DNA of 64,000 bases from Octopus vulgaris. Lineage: Eukaryota. Location of the stretch: positions 4,278,001-4,342,000 of the forward strand of contig OX597815.1 of assembly GCA_951406725.2 (NCBI GenBank), given 5' to 3'. How positions within the stretch are numbered: the first letter of the stretch is position 1; every line of letters starts with the position of its first letter. The notes below the pieces were generated by a model that did no database searches, was not told where the DNA came from, and was given only the letters and a program-made list of their open reading frames with translations. A program made the translations under genes and the position numbers. Below are positions 13,071 through 26,492 of this stretch, piece after piece.

Positions 13071-13421
13071 AATAATAATAATAATGAAATTATTGTATAC
13101 AGTGCTGCTCAGGTGCACCACAACCTGTCAAAAGTGCATATAAAGCATATGCAGTAATGTACAAATGTCTGGGAAGCGAACAGTGTATGAGTCAGATACA
13201 TGCTTGCGCGTGTATGGGGGGGGAGAAAATCAGGTGTAGTGTTGGCGAATCTCAGGAAGCATGGAAGTTTTGAAGGATGCAGTGCTCCGACAACTAACAA
13301 CCGATGCCGGCAGTTTGTTCCACGCTTCAGCAACTCTCAGCATGAAAAAATGTTTCTGAAGGTCATGGAAGGAGCTGTGGTGTTTTCTTACTTTGTAAAC
13401 ATGTCCACGGGTGTTAGATGG
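13071..13421 (-). pseudogene. CR1-type LINE 3' end (ORF2 C-terminus, 3'UTR, (ATT)n tail)
   Basis: Minus strand gives NTRGHVYKV..HFFMLRVAEAWNKLPASVVSCRSTASFK, the TRGH/FF.R/WN.LP/FK signature of CR1-group ORF2. Confidence 0.85.
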
Positions 13422-13546
13422 GTGGAGTATTGATTTGTTTGGCTAAAAATCTTCTAGTCAGTGCTCCAGCATGGCCACAGTCAAATGAATAAAATTAGTA
13501 AAAGATAAGATATTTAATGTTTTTTCAATCATCATCATCATCATTT

Positions 13547-13935
13547 GGAGTGGCTGTGTGGTAAGTAGCTTGCTTACCAACCACGTTTCAGGGTTCAGTC
13601 CCACTATGTGACACCTTGGGTATGTGTCTTCTATTATAGCCTCTGGCCGACCAAAGCCTTGTGAGTGGATTTGGTAGACGGAAACTGAAAGAAGCCCGAC
13701 ATATATATATGTATATGCGTGTGTTTGTATGTTTGTGTCTGTGCCCCTAGCATTGCTTGACAACCGATGCTGGTGTGTTTGCATCCCCATAACTTAGTGG
13801 TTCAGCAAAAGAGACCAATAGAATAAGTGCCAGGCTTACAAAGAATATCTCCTGGAGGTTGAGTTGCTCGACTAAAGGTGGTGCTCCAGCATGGCCGCAG
13901 TCAAATGACTGAAACAAGTAAAAGAATAAAAGAAT
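13547..13935 (+). mobile_element. SINE family A, full length
   Basis: tRNA-like head, internal (TA)n(TG)n, tail GACTGAAACAAGTAAAAGAATAAAAGA. Confidence 0.9.
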
Positions 13936-14619
13936 AATTTAACGTCTGTTGACCCTGCTGGCCTAGGTTGGAGGGTTTGACCATGGCTGGTCAGCTTGAA
14001 GGCTGCACCAGACTCCAATCTGATTCGTTATGGTTTTCCATGGCTGGATGCCCTTCCTAACGCCAACCACTCTGAGATTGTAATGAGTGCTTTTATGCGC
14101 CACCGGATGCCATTTGCATGACATTATTGCAATTCATGTTATTATGGTATATAAATTGTACTTGTCTGTCATTACATTCTGAGTTCAAATCCTGCTGAGG
14201 CCAACTTTTGCCTTTTCCTCCTTTTGAGGATCATGAAATAAGTACCAGTTGAATACTAGGGTCAACCTAATCGATTATCCGCACTCACCCAAAATTTCAT
14301 GCCTTTTGCTTATAATAGAAAGGATTATTATTATTATTATTATTATTGTTCTGAGTTCCAATTCTGCTCAGGTCCACTTTACCTTTCGTCTTTTCAGGGT
14401 CGATAAAATAAGTACCAGTGAGACACTGGGGTCCATATAATCAACTCCCCCTTCCCCCACCCAAATTGCTGCCCTTGTGGCAAAATTTGAAACCATTATT
14501 GTTATTGGGTGTTGCTGGGAATTTTCTTTCCCTTTTTGGCCCTTTATTTTGTTTGTTTACTTTTTTATTTATATTTTTTCCTTTTTCTCCCTGTCTTCCC
14601 CTTTTTCTCTATCACATGA

Positions 14620-15070
14620 CTCTGGAGATAAGCTGTGACTGAGAAGACCCGGCAAATAAAGTGAGTTCACAGCTGTAACCCCTACACCAGTGTTGCATAA
14701 CCAGCCCACCCAAAAGGACCTTGGATCGTAGGGCAACATGCCGTGCTTGAGGAGACCTATTGGGTCAAGAACATCAACATCAATATCAAAATCAAATCAC
14801 AATCAAATGGAAATGGTAGTTGTGATCCCTGTGCTGGCGGCACGTAAAAAGCACCATCCAATTGTGGTTGATGTTAGCTCCCTCTGGCCCTTGTGCTGGT
14901 GGCACATAAAAGCACCCACTACACTCTCGGAGTGGTTGGCACCAGGAAAGGCATTCAGGTGTAGAAACACTGCCAGATCAGACTGGAGCCTTGTGGAGCC
15001 TCCTGGCTTCTCAGACCCCAGTCGAACCATCCAGCCCATGTCAGCATGGAGAACGGATTTTTAAATGATA
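14620..15070 (+). mobile_element. Family C retroelement, alternative 5' region
   Basis: CATAACCAGCCCAC..GTGCTTGAGGAGACC..TCAAG..GTAGTTGTGAT 5' block shared with 50630 and 62160. Confidence 0.8.
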
Positions 15071-15891
15071 GCTATATGGTTTCGGGTTCAGTCCCACTGC
15101 GTGGCACTTTGGGTAGGTGTCTTCCACTATAGCCCCGAGCCGACCGAAGCTTTGTGATTGAATTCGGCAGGCAGAAGTTACTGCCGTCTGTGTATATATG
15201 CGTGTAGGTGCTTGTGCCTCTCCGAAAGAGAGAGAGAGGGATGATGATGAATTCTTCTGTTGGCACCAGGCCTGAAATTGTGGTGATGGTGATGGTGGTG
15301 GTGGTTGCTAGTCATTTGTGTTGATCCCAGTATTCAACTGGTATTTATTTTATTGGCCGCCCCAGGATGAAAGAATGGAGTTGGTCTTGGTGGGATTTGA
15401 ACTCAGAATGCGGAGACCAGTGAAGTGCCACTAAGCGGTGTGCTAAACGCTCTGCCAGCTTGCGACCTGACCGTCGTTATTGACTCGAGAGATGAAGGAC
15501 AAATTACAAAACTGGAGTAGCAACACCTCCTCCTCCTCCTCCTCATTATCATCATCATCATCATCATCATTGTCTTTTGTCATCATATTCATTTAAGCTC
15601 TTATCGTCATCATCGTCATCACCATTATCGCTGTCCTTCACGTTGCCATCGTCATCATTCACCCTTAATGCCTTCCTCCATCACATCATCATCACCATCA
15701 TGTACATTTCATTGTCCACCCCCTCCTCCCCCTCGCCACCACCTCACTAATCAGCGGCACTTCATTACTGCTTCTCGTCAACCCTCTTCCATTTAATTAA
15801 CAACCATTTTGCACTCGCTAACACTTAAATGTACATTAAGTTGCACAGTAATGCATTATTGATCCCACACCATAATCTACCCATTGTATAC

Positions 15892-15894
<3 letters not shown>

Positions 15895-15929
<35 letters not shown>

Positions 15930-16225
15930 TCATATATATGTATATATATATTTTATGTTGTAATATGTAATGTATAGATAAGTGCAGTGTACACTCATAC
16001 AATCACCCTCCACACACACACACACACATGTAAGTATGCGTGTATGTGTGAGTACATATTTGTATATAATATTTTCGTATATATTATATATATATATTTA
16101 TCTTCACATTATGTATGTATGTATGTATGTACATACGTGCGCTTACCTATATTTTTATACATACGTGTGTACATATACATATTATATTGTGTGTGTACAT
16201 ATATTGTTCCTATATATTGCATATG

Positions 16226-16257
<32 letters not shown>

Positions 16258-16394
16258 TATATATACACACACACACACACATATGTATATGCTTATGTTT
16301 TTATACATATATGCATAGTATAGTATATATACATATTATATACTGTATGTATATATGTGTGTGTGTGTGTATATATATATATTTATATATATGT

Positions 16395-16432
<38 letters not shown>

Positions 16433-16506
16433 ACATATATATATATGTAATATATATATAATTTGTATATATGTATAATGTGCATATATATAATATATAA
16501 TGTATG

Positions 16507-16544
<38 letters not shown>

Positions 16545-16550
16545 TGTATG
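15895..16550. repeat. Degenerate (TA)n/(CA)n microsatellite field
   Basis: Directly visible. Confidence 0.9.
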
Positions 16551-17427
16551 TCACATGCCAGCTACGAGCAACAAGTTGCAGCCTTTTTGGAAAAACACCT
16601 TGGCCAAAATCAGAAACTCTGTGGTCTTGTGTGTATGAGAGAGAGCTGTGGGGGGGTAGTGTGATGTGTAGGGAGGGTGGTTGCTAGTTACAGAGGCAAA
16701 TATTATAAACTGTTATGATGGAAAATATGAAAGCAAGAAAGTGGTAGTGATGGTCGTGGTGGAGTGTCAAATGTGTTGATCAAAAGTAAATGAAGAAAGT
16801 AAAAAGAAAAAAAACAGAAAAGTAAGGAAGCAGAAACAAAAAAAATATGAAGCTGTGAGACTAAAAGTGAAGTTCTAGATTGTTCCTTCATCTTCCCATG
16901 ACCACCACCACTACCATGAATGATTCTTAGAGAAGTGTTGGTCTTGGAGTGGTTTATTACCATCTTATTTCCCTCTGGTCTGTTATATTTAATATGTGGC
17001 TGTGTGGTAAGGCACTTGCTTCCGACCCCACATGGTTCTGGGTTCAGTCCCACTCTGTGGCACCTTGAGCAAGGGTCTTCTATTATAGCCAATGTTGGGC
17101 AAAGCCTTGCGAGCAGATTTGGTAGGCGGAAACTGGTGTTGGTGTGTTTACGTCCTCATAATGTAATGGTTCAGCAAAAGAGACTGATAAAATATATACC
17201 AGGCTTAAAAAGAAAACCATGGACTGTGGTCAATTCATCCAGGCAGTGCCCCAGCTTGGCCACAGTCTAATGATGCATTATCTCATGGCTTCAAAATTTC
17301 AATGATATGGTTGCTCATTTTTAGAATGACATTGTTGGTAAGGTGTGAGAGGCTGGATCTGGTTGCTTCAAACATAAAACAGGTAGGAGTTTGTGGTGGA
17401 TATAGTCCATATGTATGTGTGTGTGTG

Positions 17428-17475
<48 letters not shown>

Positions 17476-18124
17476 CACACACACACATATATATGTGTGT
17501 ATGTGTATGTATATATGTGTGTGTGTGTATATATGTGTGTGTGTATGTGTGTGTATTTGTGTGTATATATGTGTGTCTCTGTGTCTGAACAAATCTATCA
17601 AACACAAACATGTGACATGTCAGTTTCTTTTGCCTCGTTTAGAATATAGTGTGGTGACGAGGGTGGTGGTGTGGGGGAGGGGTTAACTCCCCCCCCTCTA
17701 ATGTTGTTGGTGTCTAGAATTACTGGTGGTGGTTGTAGTGATGAAGGGAATGGTAAGAGGAGCCACTTTGGTGGTTGTAGCAGTAGTAGTGAAGATAACA
17801 GATAATGTGTTGTTGTTGGTTTATACAAGCAGTTTACCATATTGCAACAGGTGCTCTTGTAGTCAGGTGAGGATGGATTGAGGAGTTTAACATCCTTGCT
17901 TCTTGTTAAGCCTTTATGCGCACACACATAAATAAGTATACATACACACACGCACACACACACATATATATATATATATATAAAAGAGCAATCACAGAAA
18001 TATATGTACAGATACATTAAAAAATATATACACAGAAATTCATAAACATACATACATAAAAGAACACGTCCTGAAATACAGGCAAACACATACACCGCAT
18101 GCATAAACATATATGCATTCAATA

Positions 18125-18346
18125 TGTGACCGCGTGTGTATCGTTGGCGATTTTTTTTTTTTTTTTTTTTTTCTCTCTCCATCTTCCCTTCCTTGGATCC
18201 TTCCTTTTCCCATGTTTCTGACGAAGATCTCCGCTTGAAACGTTGAATCCTTCTTTCTTTCCTTTCCTGAGCGTCCAATAACACTATACCTGTTCCATGT
18301 CCTCGCGTTGTTGTGTTTTCTCTTTGTGTTTTCATGTTTGGATTAA

Positions 18347-18348
<2 letters not shown>
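18125..18348 (+). mobile_element. HHR family 2 element (Penelope pseudo-LTR-like), ending in (TA)n
   Basis: GTTT CTGACGA A GATC tcc GCTT GAAAC GTT at 18214-18244; body shared with 7815, 18912, 61266, 62953. Confidence 0.8.
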
Positions 18349-18394
<46 letters not shown>

Positions 18395-18568
18395 AAATTA
18401 GAAAATGGAGAAACATACTTAAATCAATAAAACATCAACTATCAGATGATACCCAATCAATACTTTATTACACCAATACATATCAGTAAAGGCATTATAC
18501 AAAATATAAAGTAAATATAAATAGACAAGGAAATAGAAATATAAAATATAATATGTAATTATATCATA

Positions 18569-18678
18569 TCTGACAGCTGTTTCGGCAGTAAGGGCAGTCA
18601 TACCTCATTTAACCTATAAGCCATAAAGGCAGGTATAAATGAGGCATTAACAAGGATGCCCCACGGCCTCTTCAGAGA
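18569..18678 (-). ncRNA. Type I hammerhead ribozyme motif with extended helix II
   Basis: Minus strand: UCU CUGAAGA GGC..GCC GAAA CAGCUG UC AGA; canonical core and GUC site; inner stems GUGGGGCA/UGCCCUUAC and CCUCAUUUA/UAAAUGAGG. Confidence 0.8.
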
Positions 18679-18911
18679 ATTTAATTTGTTATAATTGTTA
18701 AAAAAATTATTTTTCCATATACATATAAATATAAAAATATAAAAATGTAAAATATAAAATCTTGTGCATAAACTCCATAATGCTACACATATATAATACT
18801 CATTGATACAATAATGCAAGGTAAACAAAACAAAATAAAACAAAATATATATCAGTGTATATATTAATATTATATATATATACATACATACACATATATA
18901 TATTTATGATG

Positions 18912-19115
18912 GACCGCGTGTGTATTGCTGGCAATTTTTTTCTTCCGTCTTCCCTTCCTTGGATCTTTCCTTTTCCTATGTTTCCGACGAAGAGCTCCGC
19001 TTGAAACGTTAAATCCTCCTTCTTTCTTTCCTTTCCTGAGCGTCCAATAACACTATACTTGTTCCACGTCCTCGCGTTGTTGTTTTCTCTTTGTGTTTTC
19101 ATATTTGAATTAACT
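18912..19115 (+). mobile_element. HHR family 2 element
   Basis: TTT CCGACGA A GAGC tcc GCTT GAAAC GTT AAA at 18981-19013 (core U4 changed to C). Confidence 0.8.
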
Positions 19116-19204
19116 ATGTATATATATATACATACATACATGCCAGCATGGACAAAGGATGTTAAATGATGATGATGGTGATGATGATGATGACCTTCAT
19201 AAAT

Positions 19205-19660
19205 CTGAGATCTGATCGAAAAGTACCGAGACTGGTACCATAAAATCAAAACTGCAACACGTATCAATTTGATGTGTGATCCCTTTCAAAGTGGTCCCTT
19301 TCTGAAGCTACACACTTTATTCAGTATTGTTTCCATCGGTGGAACCATTCCTGGAACAATCCTTTTTTGGGGACAGCAATCAGCTGCCTTGTTGCATTCT
19401 CTGGGATTTCCCCAATGTCTTGTTCCTTTTGAGTGGGGTTCTATTTTTGCTTTGGTTTCAGGGTTATAATCATAGACCCTTAATTCCTCACCTGTTAGGA
19501 CCATTTTCAAAGAATTTTCATCTTCCTCAACACAATCCAGGAGATCCTGCACAGCAGAAACCTGGTCTTCTTGAAGCAACCAAACTCTCCACACTTTACT
19601 TTACAAGCACTTCTTTACACAATGGAAGAGAGCGAGAACTTAATGTGCATATGTGACCTA
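19205..19660 (-). mobile_element. Internally deleted mariner remnant
   Basis: Minus strand gives VLTGEELRVYDYNPETKAK (TGDETWVY.YDPETK motif), then a C-terminal FQE.FHRWKQY..KCVASERDHFE-like segment, then a TIR-like end. Confidence 0.75.
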
Positions 19661-19661
19661 C

Positions 19662-20067
19662 AGGCGCAGAAGTGGCTGTGTGGTAAGTAGCTTGCTTCAC
19701 AACTACATGGTCCCGGGTTCAGTCCCACTGCGTAGCACATTGGGCAAGTGTCTTTGACTATAAGCCTTGGGCTGACCAAAGCCTTGTGAATGGATTTGGT
19801 AGACAGAAACTGAAAGAAGCCTGTTGTATATGTATATATATATATATGTGTGCGTTTGTGTGTCTGTGTTTGTCCCCCCACCAACCATCGCTTGACAATA
19901 GATGTTGCTGTGTTTATGTCCCCATAACTTAGCGGTTCAGCAAAAGACACCGATAGAATGAGTACTAGGCTTACAAAGAATAAGTCCTGGGGTTAATCTG
20001 TTCGACTAAAGGTGGTGCTCCAGCATGGCCGCAGCCAAATGACTGAAACAAATAGAAGAATACAAGA
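19662..20067 (+). mobile_element. SINE family A, full length
   Basis: AGGCGCAGAAGTGGCTGTGTGGTAAG head through GACTGAAACAA tail. Confidence 0.9.
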
Positions 20068-20861
20068 ATCATCATCATTTTATGTTTGCTTTCCCATGCT
20101 GGCATGGGTTGGACAGTTTGAATGAGGACTGGCAAGCCAGAAGGCTGCACCAGGCTCCAGTCTGATCTGGCAATGTTTCTACAGCTGGATGCCTTTCCTA
20201 ACGCCAACCACTCCGTGAGTGTAGTAGGTGCTTTTTACGTGCCACCAGAACATGAGCCAGTCAGATGGCACTGGCAACGACCACGCTTGAATATTGTTTT
20301 TCATGTACCAGTAAGGCGACGCTGGCAACGATCACGCTCAAATGGTTCTTTTTACATGCCACAGGCACAGGAGCCAGTCAGTGGCCTTGGCATCGATCAT
20401 GCTCGGATAAAACAATAAAAATAGTTCAAGGTCAATCTGCTGCAGTTTTAGCCCCGTTACCATAGCAACGGTCCCAATATTTTTTACTTTAGTAGACCTC
20501 GTTAACATATACAGAAACATACACAAATATATAAAGGGACGTATAAAGAAATGCATGCACACACACACACACACGGGAATTCATTTCCATTCTTTTATTG
20601 GTTTTCCTTATTGGACAGTGGCCATGCTGGGGCACTGCCTTGAATCACATTGGCCCTGATATTGAGTCTGATATCAATCTCGTTTTGGTGATCTGCTAAG
20701 TTATGGGGATATAAACCTGCACTAGTTGCCAAGCAATGAGAAATAGATAAAAAGACACAGACACACATGCATATACACACATGCATACATATCTCCATAC
20801 ACCAACATAATCACTCTTTCACACACATACACACACGTATATATTCTTTTTTTTTTTTTTG

Positions 20862-21236
20862 TACTTGTTTCAGTCATTTGACTGCGGCCATGCTGGAGCA
20901 CCACCTTTAGTTGAGCAAATCGACCCCAGGACTTATTCTTTGTAAGCCTAGTACTTATTCTATTAGTTTCTTATTTGCTGAACTGCAAAGTTGCGGGAAT
21001 GCAAACACACCAGCATCGGTTATCAAGCGATGTTGGAGAGGACACACACACACACACACACGCAGACATATATAGCAGGCTTCTTTCAGTTTCTATTTAC
21101 CAAATCCACTCACAAAGCTTTGGTCGGCCCGAGGCTATAGTAGAAGACACTTGCCCAAGGTGCCACAGAGTGGGACTGAACCTGGAACCATGTGGTTGGG
21201 AAGCAAGCTTCTCACCACACAGCCACGCCTGCGCCT
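20862..21236 (-). mobile_element. SINE family A, full length
   Basis: Reverse complement of the family consensus. Confidence 0.9.
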
Positions 21237-21694
21237 TTTATCTTTTAGCTCACTCAAACACACACACATATACACCTACACACACACACCATCTGCTGTT
21301 TAACTCATACAAACATACACACCTGCACAGGTGTACAAATACACTCGTTTTGTAGTTGCGTATTAAGTAAGCTTCTGTGCACACACACACACACACACAC
21401 ATCCTAAGTTTAGATACATAGTCTTGTATCTTACTTGTTTTACTCATTAGACTGTGGCCATGCTGGGGCACTGCCTATATGCTTACAAAAATAATATACA
21501 TAATTCACACACACAGACACTGCTACCACTACTATAACAACCACCACAGCTAACACCACCACCACCACTACTACCATCACTACTACCACCATCATCACCA
21601 CCACTACTACTAGTAATACCACTACCACCACCATTACTACTACTACTACTACCACCATCATCATCACTACTACTAGTAATACCATCACCACCAT

Positions 21695-21745
<51 letters not shown>

Positions 21746-22165
21746 AGCAATATAATAGAAAACTCTTCCAACAGCTTCTATAATAAGGACAAAGAACTTT
21801 CAGCCACGGAAAAACCCTGGAACTTTCCAAGAATGAATTCTCAATGTTTCAAGAACAAGATGGAATTGTTTTTGTTTTGCCATAGTTCAGCCTGATTTTG
21901 GCAAACAAACAGCTGTTTTAGGGGGACAACATTAGTCAATACTATTGACTGCCCCCTCACCCCCAGTACTTAACTGCTAGATTAGTTTATGAACCCCTGC
22001 CCAAATGTAGGAAATGCAAAATTAACCCCAGCAGGATTTGAACTCAGAACAGTGAGTCACAAGAAATGCTATAAAGCAGCTGTTCCCAACTGCACCTCCC
22101 ACGGCGGCATGTGTCCCTCATGCATCCTTCTGGTGGCACCCCCAACAGTCTCCCCCCTATAAATA

Positions 22166-23016
22166 AAGGGTGGTGCAAAAGTAGGTATACAGTTATGAAA
22201 AAAATGAAAGCACGCACAATACTCAGTTATTTTCATAAAAAAAGATTAAAAGTTATGATAAGTGTATTATCATAGTTATGACAGGTGTATTATCATAGTT
22301 ATGTAAGTGTATTATCATAGTTATGTTAGATGTATTATCATAGCTATGATAAGTGTATTATCATAGTTATGATAGGTGTATTATCATAGTTATGATAGGT
22401 GTATTATCATAGTTATGATAAGTGTATTATCATAGTTATGATAAGTGTATTATAGTTATGATAAGTGTATTATCATAGTTATGATAAGTGTATTATCATA
22501 GTTATGATAAATATATTACCATAGTTATGATAGGTGTATTGTCATAGTTATGATAGGTGTATCATCAAAGTTATGATAGGTGTATTACCATGGTTATGAT
22601 AGGTGTATTATCATAGTTAAGATAAGTGTATTATCATAGTTATGATACGTGTATTATTATGATTAATGACTGAAAATATCAAAAATGAGGCTAACTAATT
22701 TAATATATGTTAATAATTTTAATGAATTAAGTTTTATAATATTAAATCTCTGAGCGAAGTATAAACAGTAGCTGCACGACATTGTGAAGTATATTTGCCA
22801 CTTAAATGTGGCTAAGCCTTAAGGGTCGATGCTACTGTAGCTTGTAGCCCCAGGAAGCCACCTCCTCCAGCTGGCTATTGACACACTATCTGTGCCCTGT
22901 CAGTATTTGCAAAGGGAAGTAACCCTTCCCATCTCCAGCCTGACGTGATACACACGGACCTGGGTTTCTGGGTATTGACTGGGTACTTACTGCATGTCTA
23001 CTTTTGCACCTCCCTG
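22166..23016. mobile_element. Tc1/mariner-type MITE (TA flanks) carrying a minisatellite
   Basis: TA|AAGGGTGGTGCAAAAGTAG ... CTACTTTTGCACCTCCCTG|TA. Confidence 0.75.
22251..22662. repeat. 23-bp minisatellite AGTTATGATAAGTGTATTATCAT, ~18 copies
   Basis: Directly visible; array contains repeated TTATCATA-GT-TATGATAA palindromes. Confidence 0.9.
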
Positions 23017-23110
23017 TATAATAAATTTAACTGACTTGTTTTGGTGGTGGCCCCCTAAAAGAATCCAGGTTTTGGATTTGACCCTTATATTAAAAAGGTT
23101 ATATCAAAAT

Positions 23111-23530
23111 AGGTATAGGAGTGGCTGTGTGGTAAGTAGCTTGCTTACCAATCACATGGTTCTGGGTTCAGTCCCACTACGTGGCACCTTGAGCAAGTGC
23201 TATTCTACTATAGCCTCGGGCCGACCAAAGCCTTGTGAGTGGATTTGGTAGACAGAAACTGAAAGAAGCCTGTTGTGTAAATATATATATATATATATAT
23301 ATGTATGTGTTTGTTTGTTTGTCTGTGTTTGTCCCCCACCCCCAACATCGTTTGGCATCTAATGCTGGTGTTTATTACGTCCCCATAACTTGGCAGTTCG
23401 GCAAAAAGAGACTGATAGAATAAGCACTAGGCTTACAAAGAATAAGTCCTGGGGTCGATTTGCTCGGCTAAAAGGTGGTGCTCCAGCATGGCCACAGTCA
23501 AATGACTGAAACAAGTAAAAGAATAAAAGA
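23111..23530 (+). mobile_element. SINE family A, full length
   Basis: Head, internal (TA)n and tail all present. Confidence 0.9.
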
Positions 23531-24077
23531 AGACCACTGCTGGAGAGCGTTTTGTCCAACATTGTAATCATCCCCTGACCCTTCTGCCCGTCCCCTGACC
23601 CTTCTGCCAGTTCCAAGCAATACCTGGCAACCAATTTCTCCACTATTAACTAAAAACCAGTACTTACTAGTACCACCACCAAGTACTTTAGAAGAAGAAG
23701 AAGAAGAAGAATTTACTGTGTTTCTGCTGCCTTGTTGGCTAGCTGACTATTTGGTTGGCCGATTCCACTCTGGCAGCAACAGAGAGAGAGAACAGACACC
23801 TTGCAATCAAGCGTCTCTCTCTCTCTCTCTCTCTCTCTACATTCCAGTCTATAGACATACACACATAGACCATTCTTCTGTTCAATTTAGAAAATAAATT
23901 TTATCCACATCTAGCTTCTTTTTTTTTTATTTTCATTTCTTTGTTTTTTTTTGGTTTCACCAAATGGATTGAGGCTATTCTGGAGCACTGCCTCACAGGG
24001 TTTTCATCACAGTCATTGTCTTCTTTCCAACTACTTCTGCTTAACCTTATATGATGTGGGTTAACCCGTGTCTAGAA

Positions 24078-24376
24078 CATGGCTTAGTGGTTAAGGCATT
24101 TGGCTCATGATTGTAATGTCGTGAGTTCAATTCCTGGCAATGTGTTATTCTCTTGAGCAAGACACTTTATTTCACATTGTTCTGTCCACTAGGTTCATAA
24201 AAATGAGCTGTCCATGTAATTCAAAAAGGGCCAGCCTTGGTACATTATGTGTTGCACTGACTCTCCCCGAGAACTACTTTAAGGGTACGCATGTCTGTGG
24301 AGTACTCAGCCACTTGGGCATGCTGTTCCATTGATTAGATCAACTGGAACCAACGCCACCATAAACCAGAGTGCCA
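24078..24376 (+). mobile_element. tRNA-derived SINE with CORE-like centre and D-type tail
   Basis: A box TGGCTTAGTGG, B box GAGTTCAATT, CTTGAGCAAGACACTTTA centre; tail CCCCGAGAACTAC..GGAGTACTCAGCCAC shared with 31160 and partly with 44200. Confidence 0.75.
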
Positions 24377-24600
24377 GTAATAGCAACATGGGTCTGAAAA
24401 TTTTGCCATGAATGAAAAGTCACTGTATGGACAATGATAAAACATATATCAACAGTTTTTAAAATAAGTTATTGGAGTAGGAGTGGCTGTTCTTTACTAA
24501 ACCCCTGCTCAGTTGGGGATATTTGTTTCGTTTGCAAGTTATTTGGTGACATCACCAGGACTGGTGCCATGGAAAGGGCACACAGTATTCTTTGTAGACA

Positions 24601-24832
24601 AAGGCGGCGAGCTGGCAGAAACGTTAGCACGCCGGGTGAAATGCTTAGCGGTATTTCATCGGCGTTACGTTGTGAGTTCAAATTCCGCCAAGGTCGACTT
24701 TGCCTTTCATCCTTTCGGGGTCGATAAATTAAGTACCAGTTACGCACTGGGGTCGATGTAATCGACTTAATACCTATGTCTGTCCTTGTTTGTCCCCTCT
24801 GTGTTTAGCTCCTTGTGGGTAGTAAAGAAATA
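24601..24832 (+). mobile_element. SINE family B, full length
   Basis: AAGGCGGCGAGCTGGCAGAAACG..GTAAAGAAATA. Confidence 0.9.
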
Positions 24833-26142
24833 AGTGTTCTTTGTAGAGTGCTTGGCACTAGGGATGGCACCCAGTCGCAGAAACCCTGCCAAAGCAAACA
24901 TTGGAGCTCAGTGCAGCAGTTTTTCAGTTCTTTAGATGCTGTCAAACCGTCCAACCCATGCCAGCATGGAAAACAGAACATGAGGATGGTGGTGATGATG
25001 ATGATGGTAGTGGTGTTTTGGCTCTCCATCAGTTTTGTCTGACACAAAATGCCAAAATATACCAGCATGACTGGTTGTTTTAATGTAACAGTTTTCACCA
25101 CATGGTGATATGTGTATCTGTGTAAGTGTGACTACCCAGCCACAGGGTCCTGAGTTCAGTCCCACTGCATGGCACCTTACCCAAGTGTCTTCTGCTGTAG
25201 CCTTGGGAGGGAATTTGGTAGATAGAAACTGAAAGAAGCCTGTTGTACATATGTGTGTGTTTGTATCTGTGTTTGTCCTGTACCACTGCTTGACAGCCGG
25301 TGTTGGTGTGTTTATGTCCTCATAACTTAGTGGTTCAGCAAAAACAAACTGATAGAATAAGTACCAGGCTTAAAAAAGACTAGCAATGTATAACAACATC
25401 CAGTAGTCTGATCGATACTGTGATATATATGTGTGTGTGTGTGTTGTTTTGATATCACGTGGTGGTGTCTTTCATTTGGAAGATTCTATGAGAACATGTC
25501 TGTCTATGGAGAAATATTACCTTATTTGGAAACAAGTGAGAGTTGGCAACAAGACCTCCATCTGGCCATTTTGAAAATCTGCAGCAATAAACTCCCCCAA
25601 CCCATGCAAGCATGGAAAAGTGGACGTAAAAACAATGATGGTGGGGGTGGTGGTGATATAAAATGGACTTCCATATAATGTCTATTTATCAAATTGGAAT
25701 CACATGGGATAAGTCAACCTAAGACTAAGGTACTTGCTGAAATTGCCTCAGTAGAATTGAACTCAGAACCACATGGCTACAAAGCAAAACCTCTTAACCA
25801 CACAGCCATGCCTGTTCTGGCCAAGAGTTTTGTAAATTCATTTGTCTGTTTTTCATATTTATTACACATTTTTCTTCTTTTTTTTTGTTGTTGTTGTTGC
25901 AAGAGGAGAATTTTATGTTTGTTTCCAAAATGTTGTTGTTGTTGGGTCTAGACTAAAATAAATTGGGTTAAATACTTTCCAGTGCTTCGTTTCTTAAACT
26001 ACCATTCCTGTTCAGGGTATGGAGTGTCTGACCTTTGCCTTTTTTTTTTTTACTTCTTTGTAGTTGATGACTTAGAGAATCATTAAACGGGGATTGATTC
26101 AATCACCTGTGTTCCTCCTCTTCTACTTACTTGAAAGATATC

Positions 26143-26492
26143 TTCATCACCAACACCATCATCATCATCAATCACCATCATCGCTACCATCACCACCACT
26201 ACCATCATCATCACCACCACCACTATCATCACCATCATCATCATCACCACTACCATCATCATCATCACTATCACCATCATCATCACTACCATTATCACCA
26301 TCAGCTCCATCATCATCAACCACTATCATCACTACCATTATCATCATCATCATCCACCATCACTATCATTATCACCAATACCACCATCGTCATTACAACC
26401 ATCATCATCACCACTATCAGCTCCATCGTCATCATCATCACCACTATCGTCATCATCATCAACAACCATCACTACCATCATCATCAGCATCA
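26143..26492. repeat. (CAT/CAC)n trinucleotide low-complexity tract
   Basis: Directly visible; accounts for poly-His ORFs. Confidence 0.9.

Noticed and set aside
22251-22662. CRISPR-like palindromic array
   Set aside because: Head-to-tail repeats with no unique spacers, no cas genes, eukaryotic context.
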